This document shows, piece after piece, positions 29,653 through 39,996 of a stretch of 64,000 nucleotides of DNA. Positions within the stretch are counted from its first letter, which is position 1; each line of letters starts with the position of its first letter. This stretch comes from Acidimicrobiales bacterium (GTDB taxonomy: Bacteria > Actinomycetota > Acidimicrobiia > Acidimicrobiales > Palsa-688), in assembly GCA_965276765.1 (NCBI GenBank), contig OZ255627.1, forward strand, positions 2,007,007 through 2,071,006, read 5' to 3'. The notes beneath the pieces are model-generated. The model saw nothing but the letters and a program-made list of their open reading frames with translations, did not search any database and had not been told where the DNA came from. Position numbers and translations under genes: made by a program.

Positions 29653-31104
29653 TTGGTCACCTCCAGAAGCTATATCGAGCGCAGAAACTGGCGGAAAAAG
29701 CCAGTCCGACGGGACAGCCTCAGCGTTCTGGGTGGAGCGGTTTCGGCGAGCGTTCCAGTGGGCGGTCGCGGGTGGATCCTGGCGCAGTCGTATGGAGCGA
29801 GGACGACCCCGACGTACTCCACGTCGCGGTTGAGGTCCGTTCCGGGACTCGGGCGCGAGACTGGCGAGGTGATCGATGGTCTTCCCGGGGCGCTGGGCCG
29901 CTACGCCAAGCGACTCCATGCGTGCGCGGGAGACGGCGATCACGTGCTCTCCCCGCTGGGAGCGTGGCTCGTCTTGGCGCTGTGCGCGCCGCTGGAGGGT
30001 GGCTTTCGCCGCGAGTTGGCCGACGTGCTCGGCATGGACCCCGCTGAGGCATCGAAGGCGGCCGAGGCCCTACTCGAAAGTCCGCACCCGCTGGTCTCCG
30101 CCGGCGCTGGAGCGTGGGTGCGCCCGGCGGCCGAGACGACCGCTCTGCGCCAGTGGCGGGCGGACCTACCTGCGTCGGTGGATCGAGGCGACATCCCGTC
30201 CCCGCCCGATCTGGACGCCTGGGCCAAGGACCGCACGCTCGGGTTGATCGAGCAGTTCCCGCTCGAGTTGACGCCCGATGTCGTAGTGGTGCTGGCGTCG
30301 GCGCTGGCAACGAGGGTGTCATGGGAGATGCCCTTCGACGTGGTCGACGCCGCAGAGCTCGGAGCGGGCAGCCGGTGGTCCACCGCGCTGGAGCGGGTGC
30401 TGCGGGCGCCGGTGGGCGATCCGCGCCATCACCAGTACCTGCTCGACACCCCCAGGGCCGGGAGGATGGGCGTGCACCTCGCCACCGCCCGAGGCGGGCT
30501 CGTGGTCGGGTCGGTCATCGCGGCCGATCCGGCCGTCCCCGCCGGCGACGTTCTCGCCGCCGCGGAGGAGATCGTCACGGCCGAGGCCCGCCAGCTACGC
30601 AGCGTGAACGGCCTGTCCCTGTTCGACTTGCCGCTGGGCGACGGGACCATCTGCAGCATCGTCGAGGAGCGGGTCGAGACCAAAGTCCACACGGGCCGCG
30701 AGGAGCGGGTCCTCTCCGTGCTGCCCGCCTGGTCGGCCACCACAACGGTCGATCTCGACGACGAGCGGCTCGGCCTCCCTGCGGCCTCTCAAGCCTTGGC
30801 CGCGGCGGCGGGCCTCGAGCACTTCGCCTACGCGGCGGCCCAGTCGGCCGTCGCCCGCTAGCGCCGTTGGCTTCGAGGCGGCCGCGGTGACCGGCCTCTT
30901 CGTCGCCACCAGCGCCCCGGTTACCCGGCCCGGGCTGCGCCGCACCGCCACCGTGCGCTTCGCCCACCCCTACGCCGTCATCGCAGCAGCCGACGCCGAC
31001 CGAAGGCCCCCGAGCCGTCTCAGGGCCAGGCATGGCACGGACTGCCGGTCTTCTCCGCCTGGGTCAGCGACCCCAGCGACGCCGAACCTGCACCCCGCCC
31101 GTAG
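29653..31104 (+). pseudogene. Serpin-like serine protease inhibitor, reading frame disrupted around the reactive-centre loop
   Basis: 'HVLSPLGAWLVLALCAPLEGG' matches the serpin helix-B pattern and 'LDAWAKDRTLGLIEQ...DVVVVLASALATRVSWEMPFD' the hD/s2A pattern. The main frame stops at 30861. Hinge-like 'GFEAAAVTG' and 'VRFAHPYAVIAAAD' (cf. 'F.ADHPFLF.I') sit in the +1 frame from 30863. C-terminal 'GLPVFSAWVSDP' (cf. 'G.ILF.GRV.NP') returns to the original frame and ends at 31104. Confidence 0.45.
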
Positions 31105-31210
31105 CCGAAGACGACCGCACCCTCCGCGGCTGTCGCCAACCATCCGATAGCTCACCCACCCAGGCTCCCACCAGCAGGACGAAAAACGCTCCTGAGCAGC
31201 GCTTTCCGAG

Positions 31211-31283
31211 TGGTCGGAGCCGGTGTCGATCCGGCGACCTCACGCTTTTCAGGCGTGCGCTCTACCAGCTGAGCTATCCGACC
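31211..31283 (-). tRNA. tRNA-Phe (anticodon GAA)
   Basis: Manual fold: 7-bp acceptor GGTCGGA/TCCGACC, anticodon loop CTGAAAA, discriminator A. The T-loop reads ATCGACA, an unusual A at position 54. Confidence 0.85.
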
Positions 31284-31284
31284 G

Positions 31285-31359
31285 CGGACCTGACGGGATT
31301 TGAACCCGCGACCTCCGGCTTGACAGGCCGGCGTGCACTCCAAACTGCACCACAGGTCC
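31285..31359 (-). tRNA. tRNA-Asp (anticodon GTC)
   Basis: Manual fold: acceptor GGACCTG/CAGGTCC, U8, anticodon loop CTGTCAA, T-loop TTCAAAT, discriminator G. Only 1 nt separates it from tRNA-Phe. Confidence 0.85.
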
Positions 31360-31397
31360 CTGTGTACCGTCAGAGGGACGAAGCGCCACTGTAGCGC

Positions 31398-32603
31398 TCA
31401 GGCCGGAGGCGCGGCACGGCCGATCTCGGGCGGCGCCGGCGGGGAGGCCGGAGCCCCGTCCGCACCAGCATCGGAACCGGAGGATGCCGGGGCGGGTCCC
31501 ACCCCGTTGTTGGCCGCCGATGTGGTCTCCTTCGCCACCGAACTCCGCAGCGTCTCGTACAGATTGAGCCCCTGAGCGGCCAGCCCGGAGATCAGCTCGC
31601 TCAACCCGTCGTTGCCGTTGAGGACGGTGAGGTTGGCTCCCGTGAGCCCGCTGGCGGCCGCCTGCAGCATGTCGGGAAGCTGCGAGATCATCTGCTGGTC
31701 GAGCGAGACCCGGTTGTTGGCCGCGGCCGCCTCGGCCAGCGCCCTGATCTTCTGGGCCTCGGCGGCGGCGGCGATCTTGGTTCGCTCGGCTTCGGCCTCG
31801 GCCGGCCTGACGACCTCGGCCACGAGCTGCTGCTCGCGAAGCGAGGCGTTGCGCTCGGCCAGCTCGGTCTGGGCCTGAATGACCTCCTGCTCGGCCTTGG
31901 CCTGGGCCAGCGGGCCCGACTGCGATGCGGTCGCCTGGGCCCTGTCGGTCTCGGCCTTGAACCCGGCCTTGGCGATGGCCGTCTGCCGTTCGTACTCGGC
32001 CTGGTTGCGGAGGGACGCCTGCTCGGCCTCGGCCGATTTCTGATCGGCCGAGGCCTGGGCGATCCGGGCGTTTTGGCGGACGGCGGCCACGTGCGGAGCG
32101 GCGAGGGATGTGATGTAGCCGGCGCCGAGGTCGTCGATGCTCTCGATCTGCAGGGCGTCGACGACGAGGCCGATCCTCGACATCTCGATCTTGGAGGCGT
32201 CGAGGGCCTCCTCGGCCAGCCGCTGGCGCTCGCGGATGATCTCCTCGACGGTCATCGACCCGATGATCGAGCGCAGGTGCCCGGCGAATATCCGCCCGGT
32301 GAGCTCACCCATCTGGTCCTCGTCGTTGAGGAACCGCTGGGCTGCGTTGGCGATCCCCTCGAAGTCGGCGCCGACCTTGAAGGCGATCACGGCCTTCACC
32401 TGCACGGCGATTCCCTGCTGGGTCACGCACTCCTCGGCGACCTCGGCCTCCTGCATCGAGAGGGTCAGGTAGCTGACCCGGGATCGGAAGGGGAGGACGA
32501 AGGCGCCGTGGCCGGTGACGATCCGAAACGGCAGACCGGTTTTTGCCTTGCCCCCGCTGACCAACATCGCCTCGTCGGGGCTTGGTACATGCCAACCAAA
32601 CAT
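31398..32603 (-). CDS. Flotillin-like SPFH/band-7 domain protein
   Basis: 'RIVTGHGAFVLPF' opens an SPFH domain. A long Ala/Glu/Gln-rich coiled-coil C-terminus follows. Confidence 0.85.
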   Translation of the reverse strand: MFGWHVPSPDEAMLVSGGKAKTGLPFRIVTGHGAFVLPFRSRVSYLTLSMQEAEVAEECVTQQGIAVQVKAVIAFKVGADFEGIANAAQRFLNDEDQMGELTGRIFAGHLRSIIGSMTVEEIIRERQRLAEEALDASKIEMSRIGLVVDALQIESIDDLGAGYITSLAAPHVAAVRQNARIAQASADQKSAEAEQASLRNQAEYERQTAIAKAGFKAETDRAQATASQSGPLAQAKAEQEVIQAQTELAERNASLREQQLVAEVVRPAEAEAERTKIAAAAEAQKIRALAEAAAANNRVSLDQQMISQLPDMLQAAASGLTGANLTVLNGNDGLSELISGLAAQGLNLYETLRSSVAKETTSAANNGVGPAPASSGSDAGADGAPASPPAPPEIGRAAPPA

Positions 32604-32624
32604 GGTGTCCCTGCTTTCGTCCTG

Positions 32625-32843
32625 CTACTCGGTGTACACGATGACGTCCACGATCCGACCGGGCCTGCGCCCGACGACGAGGACCTGTTCCCCCCGCAGG
32701 ATCGGGTCGGAGGCATAGCCGATGAACGACTCCGACCCTCCCCGCAATTGCACCTGCACCTCGCCGGGCCGTTCCCCGCCGGGAATGCGCGTCGAGACGA
32801 TCCCGAGGGACCCCACGACCCGGTCCTCGTCGAGATTTGACAT
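32625..32843 (-). CDS. NfeD-like OB-fold protein (C-terminal NfeD domain), partner of flotillin
   Basis: Small protein immediately upstream of the flotillin gene. 'GERPGEVQVQLRGGSESFIGYASDPILRGEQVLVVG' resembles the NfeD beta-barrel. Start at 'MSNLDED'. Confidence 0.6.
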   Translation of the reverse strand: MSNLDEDRVVGSLGIVSTRIPGGERPGEVQVQLRGGSESFIGYASDPILRGEQVLVVGRRPGRIVDVIVYTE

Positions 32844-32937
32844 GCCGGCCGCTCCGATTCCTTTGGTCGCTGGTTGCTCTTGTCCTACCCGTCCGCCCAA
32901 CCGACCAATACGTTACGCCCGAGGCGTAGCCTTCGGT

Positions 32938-33810
32938 ATGGCACAAGCACTCGACGCCCGGTTGGCAGGCATATTCACCTTCGGCGGGGATCTCACGGTC
33001 AACCGCATGGGCTTCGGTGCCATGCAGCTTGCGGGACCGGGGGTATGGGGTCCGCCGACCGACCCGGCGGAAGCGGTGGCGGTGCTACGTCGGGCCGTCG
33101 AGCTCGGCGTCAACCACATCGATACCAGCGACTACTACGGGCCATACACCGTCAACGAGCTGGTCCGCTCGGCGCTGCATCCCTACCCCGGCGATCTGGT
33201 CATCGTCACCAAGGTGGGAGCGCGCCGAGGCGACGACAAGTCATGGCCGGCGGCCCTCTCGGCCGAGGAGCTGACCGCGGCGGTGCACGACAACATCGCC
33301 CACCTGGGCGTCGAAGCCATGGACGTCGTCAACCTGAGGGTCGGTGGGATGGGCGCGCCGGAGGCGGGCTCGCTGGGGGAGCCGTTCTCGGTCCTCGCCG
33401 GGTTGCGGGAGCAGGGCCTGATCCGCCATCTGGGGGTGAGCAACGTGACCGCCGAACAGCTGGCCGAGGCGCAGGCCATCGCGCCCGTCGTCTGCGTGCA
33501 GAACAACTACAGCGTGGCCAACCGGGCCGATGACGCCCTCGTGGCGCAGTGCGCCGCCGAAGGGATCGGCTACACGCCGTTCTTCCCCCTCGGCGGGTTC
33601 CAGCCGTTGCAGTCCGAGACCCTCGACCGCTGCGCCGGCGAGATCGGCGCTACGTCTCGGCAGGTGGCGCTGGCCTGGCTCCTGGGTCGCTCCGAAACGA
33701 CGCTGCTGATCCCCGGTACGTCGACGGTCGGCCACCTCGACGACAACGTGGCCGCCGCGGGGATCGTGCTACCCGACGAGATAAGAGTCGAGCTGGATTC
33801 GATCGGTTGA
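32938..33810 (+). CDS. Aldo/keto reductase
   Basis: 'GFGAMQL', 'VNHIDTSDYYG' and 'VSNVTAEQL' are AKR signatures. Confidence 0.85.
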   Translation: MAQALDARLAGIFTFGGDLTVNRMGFGAMQLAGPGVWGPPTDPAEAVAVLRRAVELGVNHIDTSDYYGPYTVNELVRSALHPYPGDLVIVTKVGARRGDDKSWPAALSAEELTAAVHDNIAHLGVEAMDVVNLRVGGMGAPEAGSLGEPFSVLAGLREQGLIRHLGVSNVTAEQLAEAQAIAPVVCVQNNYSVANRADDALVAQCAAEGIGYTPFFPLGGFQPLQSETLDRCAGEIGATSRQVALAWLLGRSETTLLIPGTSTVGHLDDNVAAAGIVLPDEIRVELDSIG

Positions 33811-34015
33811 AAACCCTTGGGGGAATGGCCCCGCGCGGTGGTCTCTCAGCCAGCCTTGGGGTTTTGGACCATGGTGGCCATGAGGATGACGCCGGCATCC
33901 GAAAAGTTCCCACGCCGACCGGAATACCCCTGGGGGGTTCAAGGTTAAACTTTTATGAAGAGCCCAAAACGAGCCCTTTGACAACGCAAGTTGCCCTCCT
34001 CTTCGCTTCAAAGGA

Positions 34016-34432
34016 GTGCATGTCATGCATGCTCGATTCGCGCAGTCGTCCGTCCTGGCTCTCGCTGGTGGCTTCATCGTGGTGGCCTCGCAGGCCTTCT
34101 CGCCTTCAACCACCGCCTGGCTGGCCTTTGCCATCGGCATCGGGGCTGTCGCCCTCGCCGGTGTCCCGTTCGTGGCCGGCGCCCGCCGCGGTGTTCTCGC
34201 CCTCGATGGCGTTATCGGCGTCCTGGCGACATGGACCATCGTCGCCAGCCTAGTCTTCGCCGGGAGCCTCGTGCAGTGGCTGTCGTTCGGTGAGGGAGTG
34301 GGCTTCGTAGCCCTCGCCCTGGTCGGCCTGACCGTCGACCACGTCCTGCTCAGCCGCAGCGCCCACCGTGGCCTCACCTCGGAGACGGAGACGGTTCCCA
34401 CCGTCGAGCGGCCCACAGCGGTTGCCGCCTGA
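34016..34432 (+). CDS. Small hypothetical membrane protein (4 TM)
   Basis: RBS 'aaaggag' upstream. Hydrophobic helices. A hairpin terminator lies downstream. Confidence 0.5.
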   Translation: MHVMHARFAQSSVLALAGGFIVVASQAFSPSTTAWLAFAIGIGAVALAGVPFVAGARRGVLALDGVIGVLATWTIVASLVFAGSLVQWLSFGEGVGFVALALVGLTVDHVLLSRSAHRGLTSETETVPTVERPTAVAA

Positions 34433-34458
34433 TTCACCAGCAAACCCAAGCAAACGAA

Positions 34459-34485
34459 GAGGACCCGGGTGCCGCCCGGGTCCTC
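34459..34485 (+). terminator. Hairpin terminator (11-bp stem gaggacccggg / cccgggtcctc, 5-nt loop)
   Basis: Perfect inverted repeat 27 nt after the stop of the 34016-34432 gene, followed by 'ttcgcg'. Confidence 0.6.
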
Positions 34486-34539
34486 TTCGCGTCCCTCGTG
34501 CCGCCGATTGGTTAGCAGGCGGAAATACTTTCGCTACCT

Positions 34540-34553
34540 TGACGTTAACGTCA
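34540..34553. promoter_or_regulatory. Perfect 14-bp palindrome tgacgttaacgtca upstream of the MFS efflux gene (candidate operator)
   Basis: Palindrome ~85 nt upstream of the MFS start. It overlaps a TTGACG -35-like hexamer. Confidence 0.4.
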
Positions 34554-34635
34554 GAGAAGGATGTGAAGTCGGGCGAGCGGACCTCGCCGCCCCCTCACCT
34601 CCTCATACCGACGAGAGACAAGCGAGACGAGGAAG

Positions 34636-36501
34636 ATGAGTACCGACGCGCGCGACGGCGTCACCGGGACGGCCGCCAAGGCCAAGAATCCGGGGACCTA
34701 CAAGTGGATCGCCCTTTCCAACACGACGATCGGGATCCTGATGGTGACGATCAGCGGTTCGATCACGCTGATCTCCCTCCCCAACATCTTCAACGGAATC
34801 CACCTCAACCCCCTCCAGCCCGGTAACACGAGCTATTTCCTTTGGCTGCTCATGGGTTTCCTGCTCGTGACGTCGGTCCTCGTCGTGAGCCTCGGGCGGG
34901 TGGGAGACATGTTCGGCCGGGTCAAGATGTACAACCTCGGCTTTGCCATCTTCACGTTCTTCTCCATCCTGTTGTCCGTAACGTGGATGACCGGCAAGGC
35001 CGGCGCCCTGTGGCTGATCATCCTCAGGTTGTTCCAGGGGGTCGGCGGCGCCTTCCTCTTCGCCAACTCGAGCGCCATCCTCACCGATGCATTTCCCGAG
35101 AACGAACGGGGTCTGGCCCTCGGCATCAACGGTGTGGCCGCCATCGGGGGGTCGTTCATCGGTCTGATCGTCGGGGGCCTGCTCGCACCGATCGAGTGGC
35201 GCCTCGTCTTCTTGGTCTGCGTGCCCTTCGGACTGTTCGGGACGGTGTGGGCCTACCTCAAGCTCGTCGACAACGGCGTGCGGGTCCCCTCCAAGATCGA
35301 CTGGGCCGGCAACGTCACCTTCGCGGTCGGCCTCATCTCGCTGCTGACCGGCATCGTCTATGGCATCCAGCCCTATGGCACAAGCACCATGGGCTGGACC
35401 AACCCCGGGGTCCTCGCCGCCATCATCGGCGGGATCACGACCCTCGTGGTGTTCGCATGGATCGAGCTGCACGCCGACGAGCCCATGTTCCAGCTGTCGC
35501 TGTTCCGGATCCGGGCCTTCGCGGCCGGCAACATCGCCAACCTTCTCGGCGCCCTCGGTCGGGGTGGGCTGCAGTTCATGCTGATCATCTGGTTGCAGGG
35601 GATCTGGCTTCCCCAGCACGGCTACAGCTTCCTTCAGACCCCGCTGTGGGCAGGGATCTACATGATCCCCCTGACCATCGGCTTCCTGATCGCCGGACCC
35701 ATCTCCGGGATCCTCACGGACCGCTACGGCGCCCGCCCCTTTGCCACCGGCGGCATGATCGGCGCGGCCATCTCCTTCGGTCTGCTCGAGGTGCTGCCGA
35801 TCAACTTCGGCTACGTCTGGTTCGGCCTCATCCTGCTGGCCATGGGCCTGTCGATGGGACTGTTCAGCTCCCCCAACAGGGCCGGCGTCATGAACAGCCT
35901 GCCCCCCGACCAGCGGGGCGCAGGCGCCGGCATGATGACCACGTTCCAGAACTCCGCCCAGGTGCTCTCGATCGGCGTGTTCTTCTCGGTCATCACCATC
36001 GGACTGGCATCGACGCTGCCGTCGACCCTCCTCCACGGTCTCCTGAGCAACGGCGTGCCGCAGGCCGCGGCCCAAAAGGTCGCCAGCGAACCACCCACCG
36101 GCTCGCTGTTCGCATCATTCCTCGGGCTCAACCCGATCAAGGAGCTCGTGCCTTCCGGTGTCCTCAGCCACCTGACGGCCGCGCAGCAGGCGACCCTGAC
36201 CGGTCGGGGCTTCTTCCCGCACCTGATCACGGCACCGTTCGGTACCGGTCTTCACTACGCCTTCGACTTCGCCATCGTGTGCTCGCTGATCGCAGCCGTG
36301 GCCTCGTGGCTCCGTGGCTCCCGCTACGTCCACGGCATGCATGACGCAACCCTCGATGAACTCGAGTTGGCCGGGACCGGGACCGGGACGGCCCTCGCCA
36401 TCGAGGCCGAGCCGGCCCGGCGCCAGGACGAGGGCGACGACGTCGACAGCCGCCGGCTCGTCTCGAGTCGATCTACCGGTCCGCAGCCTGACCGTCTGTG
36501 A
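34636..36501 (+). CDS. MFS transporter, DHA2 (14-TMS drug:H+ antiporter) family
   Basis: 14 predicted TM helices and the EmrB/QacA-like motif '[13 protein letters not shown]'. The C-terminal tail overlaps the convergent histidine kinase gene. Confidence 0.85.
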   Translation: MSTDARDGVTGTAAKAKNPGTYKWIALSNTTIGILMVTISGSITLISLPNIFNGIHLNPLQPGNTSYFLWLLMGFLLVTSVLVVSLGRVGDMFGRVKMYNLGFAIFTFFSILLSVTWMTGKAGALWLIILRLFQGVGGAFLFANSSAILTDAFPENERGLALGINGVAAIGGSFIGLIVGGLLAPIEWRLVFLVCVPFGLFGTVWAYLKLVDNGVRVPSKIDWAGNVTFAVGLISLLTGIVYGIQPYGTSTMGWTNPGVLAAIIGGITTLVVFAWIELHADEPMFQLSLFRIRAFAAGNIANLLGALGRGGLQFMLIIWLQGIWLPQHGYSFLQTPLWAGIYMIPLTIGFLIAGPISGILTDRYGARPFATGGMIGAAISFGLLEVLPINFGYVWFGLILLAMGLSMGLFSSPNRAGVMNSLPPDQRGAGAGMMTTFQNSAQVLSIGVFFSVITIGLASTLPSTLLHGLLSNGVPQAAAQKVASEPPTGSLFASFLGLNPIKELVPSGVLSHLTAAQQATLTGRGFFPHLITAPFGTGLHYAFDFAIVCSLIAAVASWLRGSRYVHGMHDATLDELELAGTGTGTALAIEAEPARRQDEGDDVDSRRLVSSRSTGPQPDRL

Positions 36502-37930
36502 CCTGACCGTCCGTGACCTGACCGTCCGTGACCCGACCGTCCGTGACCCGACCCTCTGCGATCCGATCGTGGGCGGTCGGGTCGTCGGGCGCCGGGGCTC
36601 GTCTCGGTGGTGCCTCGGAGTGGTGGTCGTCGACCTGGTTTTTCTGCGGCGCCACCGGGAGGACGAGGCGAAAGTCGCTCCCGACACCTGGCTCGGTCTC
36701 CAGTTCGATCCTCCCGCCGATGGCCGCCGCCGTGCGGCTGACGATCGAGAGGCCGAGGCCGGTGCCGCCTGAGTCTCGATCGCGGGACCAGTCCACCCGG
36801 TAGAACCGGTCGAAGATCCGGTCTCGGTCTTCGTCGGCGATGCCGATGCCGGTGTCCTTCACCGAGATCACGACCTCGTCGTGGCGGCGTTTCGTGCTCA
36901 GCGTCACGGTCCCGCCCGCCGGGGTGTAGCGGATGGCGTTGGTCAACAGGTTGGTCACGATCCGGTCGACGCTGCGGGGGTCGGAGATGATCTCCGTCGG
37001 GCGGACATGGCTCACCGGATGGAGGCCGGCGTCGGCGGCCGCGGAGGAGAGTCGGCGCAGGGCCCCGTCCGCAAGCAACGCTATATCGACCTTCTGCCAA
37101 TCGAGCGGTGCGGGCGACGACAGGGAGCCGAGGTGGCGCAGATCGTTCAGGAGGGCCCCGATCCTCACGGACTCGTCACCGAGAAGGGCCTGCGCCTCTT
37201 CCCTCTTCGTCGGCGTGTCGATGGTGTGGTCGAGCGCGGCGCCGGCCAGACCGATGATCCCGTTGACCGGGGTGGCGATCTCGTGGGCCAGGTCCGAGAG
37301 GAACTGCTCCTGTTGGCGATCGGCCGTCTGGACACGGGTGGCCATCCCGTCGAAAGCCCTCGCCAGGCGGCCGAACTGGTCGGGCCCGGAGGCCCCCATC
37401 CTGGCCTCGAGGTCACCGCCGGCCAGACGGTCGGCGACGTGCACCGCCCGCGAGATCGGCTCCCTGATGGCCCGCATGAGCGCAGAGGTACCGACCAAGG
37501 CGAGCAGGATGGCGAGCAGGAGCACCAGCCCGGCAACGGCCGTGAGCTCGAGGGTCGGGCCCGTCGTGCTGTCTACATCGCCGACGATGGTGACCTTCCC
37601 GTCGCCTGGGAACCGTTGCGTGACGAGGAACGTGCTCTTCGCCGGGTTGGGAGGACCGGAGAAGAGCGTTCGGCCGTCCTTCGTGACGATGAGCTGGTCA
37701 CCGCCGAGCAACTCCTTGAAGGGGGCACCTGCGACGACGCCGGGATGCTCCGCCTCGGATCGCGCCACGACGTCGGCGACGGCCTTGTCGGTCCCGGCGT
37801 CGCGAGTGCGGGCGTGCGAGCTCTCGATGTTTTGGATGAGGAAGAACGCGCCGGCCAGGATCAGGATGGCGGGGGCCAGCATGGCGGCCAGGACCCGGAC
37901 CCGGAGCGTCACCGACGGCAGGCGTCTCAT
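36473..37930 (-). CDS. Sensor histidine kinase (HAMP-HisKA-HATPase_c) with C-terminal VTDGQ pentapeptide repeats
   Basis: '[15 protein letters not shown]' is the H-box; the N/G-boxes are '[11 protein letters not shown]' and 'GTGLGLSIV'. Two TM helices. ATGA overlap with the upstream response regulator. Confidence 0.8.
   Translation of the reverse strand: MRRLPSVTLRVRVLAAMLAPAILILAGAFFLIQNIESSHARTRDAGTDKAVADVVARSEAEHPGVVAGAPFKELLGGDQLIVTKDGRTLFSGPPNPAKSTFLVTQRFPGDGKVTIVGDVDSTTGPTLELTAVAGLVLLLAILLALVGTSALMRAIREPISRAVHVADRLAGGDLEARMGASGPDQFGRLARAFDGMATRVQTADRQQEQFLSDLAHEIATPVNGIIGLAGAALDHTIDTPTKREEAQALLGDESVRIGALLNDLRHLGSLSSPAPLDWQKVDIALLADGALRRLSSAAADAGLHPVSHVRPTEIISDPRSVDRIVTNLLTNAIRYTPAGGTVTLSTKRRHDEVVISVKDTGIGIADEDRDRIFDRFYRVDWSRDRDSGGTGLGLSIVSRTAAAIGGRIELETEPGVGSDFRLVLPVAPQKNQVDDHHSEAPPRRAPAPDDPTAHDRIAEGRVTDGRVTDGQVTDGQVTDGQAADR
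36485..36559. repeat. Tandem 15-nt repeat (gacctgaccgtccgt, ~5 units) at the overlap of two convergent genes
   Basis: Direct repeats. On the minus strand they encode (VTDGQ/R)x5 at the histidine kinase C-terminus; on the plus strand they cover the MFS stop region. Confidence 0.8.
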
Positions 37931-38616
37931 GAGCTCTCGAGGCGGTAGCCGACCCCGCGCAGGGCGGTGACCTGCACGGCGTCGCCGAGCTTGGCGCGGA
38001 GCTTGGTCAGGTGTACGTCGACGGTCTTCTCGGAGATGTCGGTCGTCCCCCACGCCGCCTCGAGGAGCTCGAAGCGGCGGAGCACCCTGCCCTGGCCCTC
38101 GACCAGCGCCACGAGCAGGTCGAACTCCCTGCGGGTCAGGTCGACCGCCTCGCCGCCCACGGTGCAGCGCCGGCTGTCGGTGTCGAGCTCGACGGATCCG
38201 GCTCTGAGGGTGCTCGTCGGCGCCTCGGGGCCGACCAGCCCCATGGCCCGGCGCCGGCAGGCTCTCACCCTGGCCACCACCTCAGGCATCGACACCGGCT
38301 TGATGATGTAGTCGTCGGCGCCGACTTCGAGTCCAGCCACCCGGCTGGACTCCTCGCCGCGCGCCGTGATCAGGATGATCGGGATGGCCGACTCCTTCCT
38401 GATGAGGGTGGTGAGGTCGAGGCCGTCGAGGCCCGGCATCATGACGTCGAGAAGCGCCAGGTCGATGCCGCCGGCACGGATCAGGCGCAACCCGTCGCTG
38501 CCGTTGTCGGCCTCGACGACCTCGTAGCCCTCCTTGGTGAGGTACTGACGCAGGAGATATCGCTCGGTCCGCTCGTCGTCGACGACAAGTACCCGGGCTC
38601 GATCGACCATCGTCAC
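37927..38616 (-). CDS. OmpR-family response regulator
   Basis: Receiver 'VLVVDDE...LALLDVMMPGLDG' plus a winged-helix C-terminus 'VDVHLTKLRAKL'. Confidence 0.85.
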   Translation of the reverse strand: MTMVDRARVLVVDDERTERYLLRQYLTKEGYEVVEADNGSDGLRLIRAGGIDLALLDVMMPGLDGLDLTTLIRKESAIPIILITARGEESSRVAGLEVGADDYIIKPVSMPEVVARVRACRRRAMGLVGPEAPTSTLRAGSVELDTDSRRCTVGGEAVDLTRREFDLLVALVEGQGRVLRRFELLEAAWGTTDISEKTVDVHLTKLRAKLGDAVQVTALRGVGYRLESS

Positions 38617-38815
38617 AGTGTCTCACAACGGCGGAGAAAGGAGGATCGAACGGCCCGTCACCCCGCAGTTACCCTTCGATAACCGTCCGATAATCAAAAG
38701 GGCGGAGTTTGGAGGACAAAAGCGGAAATTTCTCTCAAGAGGTCGTGTCGTTACCCTCCCGTAATCGGCGAGGGGTACAACGAGATCACACCCCGAACTT
38801 CTTGGAGGAAGCATT

Positions 38816-39046
38816 ATGTTGATCTTCGATCTCGTCGCTGGAGCCGTGTTCTTCGCCGTCATCCTGGCGATCATGTTTGTCGGCATCCGCTGGCAGAGCC
38901 GGGTTCATGAAGAGGCAGAGCAGGCCCTCGCCGCCCGCCGCTCTGGTGCCGCCGACCTCGTGGATGTCGGGCTCGTGTCACAGGCCGAGCTGGACGAGGC
39001 GTGGCGCTACATCCAGGAAAACTACCGGGAGCTGGCCGTCCGATAG
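38816..39046 (+). CDS. Small single-TM hypothetical protein
   Basis: RBS 'ggagga' 6 nt upstream of the ATG. One TM helix then a charged tail. Confidence 0.45.
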   Translation: MLIFDLVAGAVFFAVILAIMFVGIRWQSRVHEEAEQALAARRSGAADLVDVGLVSQAELDEAWRYIQENYRELAVR

Positions 39047-39080
39047 CTGTCGGTCGGATAGATGTCGGTCGGGCCGACGG

Positions 39081-39992
39081 TCATCGGGCTCTGACGTGGG
39101 TGGTCATCCTCGCCGTCGGATCGGTTCGCCATCCCTGGCGGAGGATCTTGTCCAAGGCCGCACCGGGACCGTTCTCGTCTCTGATGAACTCAGCGACGGC
39201 CCGGACGAACATCGGAAAACACCAGAAGTCCCCGCACACCCAGAGGATTCCCGCCCCGATCTGCTGATCCGCCAAGGGCGAAAGGCTGACACCGGGCAAG
39301 TGATTGTAGACCGAGTACCACGAATGGGTGGCGAAGAGGGAAAGCGACATGGCCAGCACGAACATGACGACATTGGTGCCAAAAAGGCCCAGCGCCCTCG
39401 GCACCGGCGCCAGCTTGGGTCGCAAAGGGTACGAGCCGATGAATTGGAGCCAGAAGAACATTCCGGCCACGAAGAAGCTGCCGTGCATCAGCCAGATGTG
39501 GACGGCCTGGTTGCGCTGAGCGAGGTCGAAGGCGGCGGGCAGGTGCCACACCACCATGACCACGCTGAAGCCGACGATGGCGACCATCGGGCGGGACAGG
39601 GTGCGGCCCACGACGCGCAGCGGCGCCGACCACCGGCCGAGCAGCAGGCTCCGCCCGAGCCGTCGGCGAGCCCCGACGGGCAGGCCGTGGGCGAGCACCA
39701 GCCAGGGGGCGCCCACCACGACCAGCATGGGGGCGGCGAACATCAGCAGCAGGTGCTGGAGCATGTGAACCCAGAAGTACAGGTCCGCCCAGTAGTCCAT
39801 GGGTGAGTCCACGGCGACGATGAGCACCACGAGGCCGCCGTAGAACAGAAACGACCGATGCCGCCTGGCTGCGGTCCTCGAGCGCCGCGACCGGCCGGCC
39901 AGATGGTGCAGCCCGAGCTCGTGGAGGACGACGATGGCCGCCACGACCACCAGAAACGGGTCGAAGGACCAGTGCTCGAGGATGATGTTCAC
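39081..39992 (-). CDS. ctaG: Cytochrome c oxidase assembly factor CtaG-like membrane protein (Caa3_CtaG family)
   Basis: Polytopic protein with 'HMLQHLLLMFAAPMLV'-type conserved-His helices. GTG start overlaps the TlpA-like stop (GTGA). Confidence 0.6.
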   Translation of the reverse strand: MNIILEHWSFDPFLVVVAAIVVLHELGLHHLAGRSRRSRTAARRHRSFLFYGGLVVLIVAVDSPMDYWADLYFWVHMLQHLLLMFAAPMLVVVGAPWLVLAHGLPVGARRRLGRSLLLGRWSAPLRVVGRTLSRPMVAIVGFSVVMVVWHLPAAFDLAQRNQAVHIWLMHGSFFVAGMFFWLQFIGSYPLRPKLAPVPRALGLFGTNVVMFVLAMSLSLFATHSWYSVYNHLPGVSLSPLADQQIGAGILWVCGDFWCFPMFVRAVAEFIRDENGPGAALDKILRQGWRTDPTARMTTHVRAR

Positions 39993-39996
39993 GCCG

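Noticed and set aside
29478-29660. 60-aa minus-strand small membrane ORF
   Set aside because: The only start options are a GTG fused directly to a GGAG (no spacer) or an internal ATG without RBS. It lies in a stretch with several spurious ORFs. Left uncalled.
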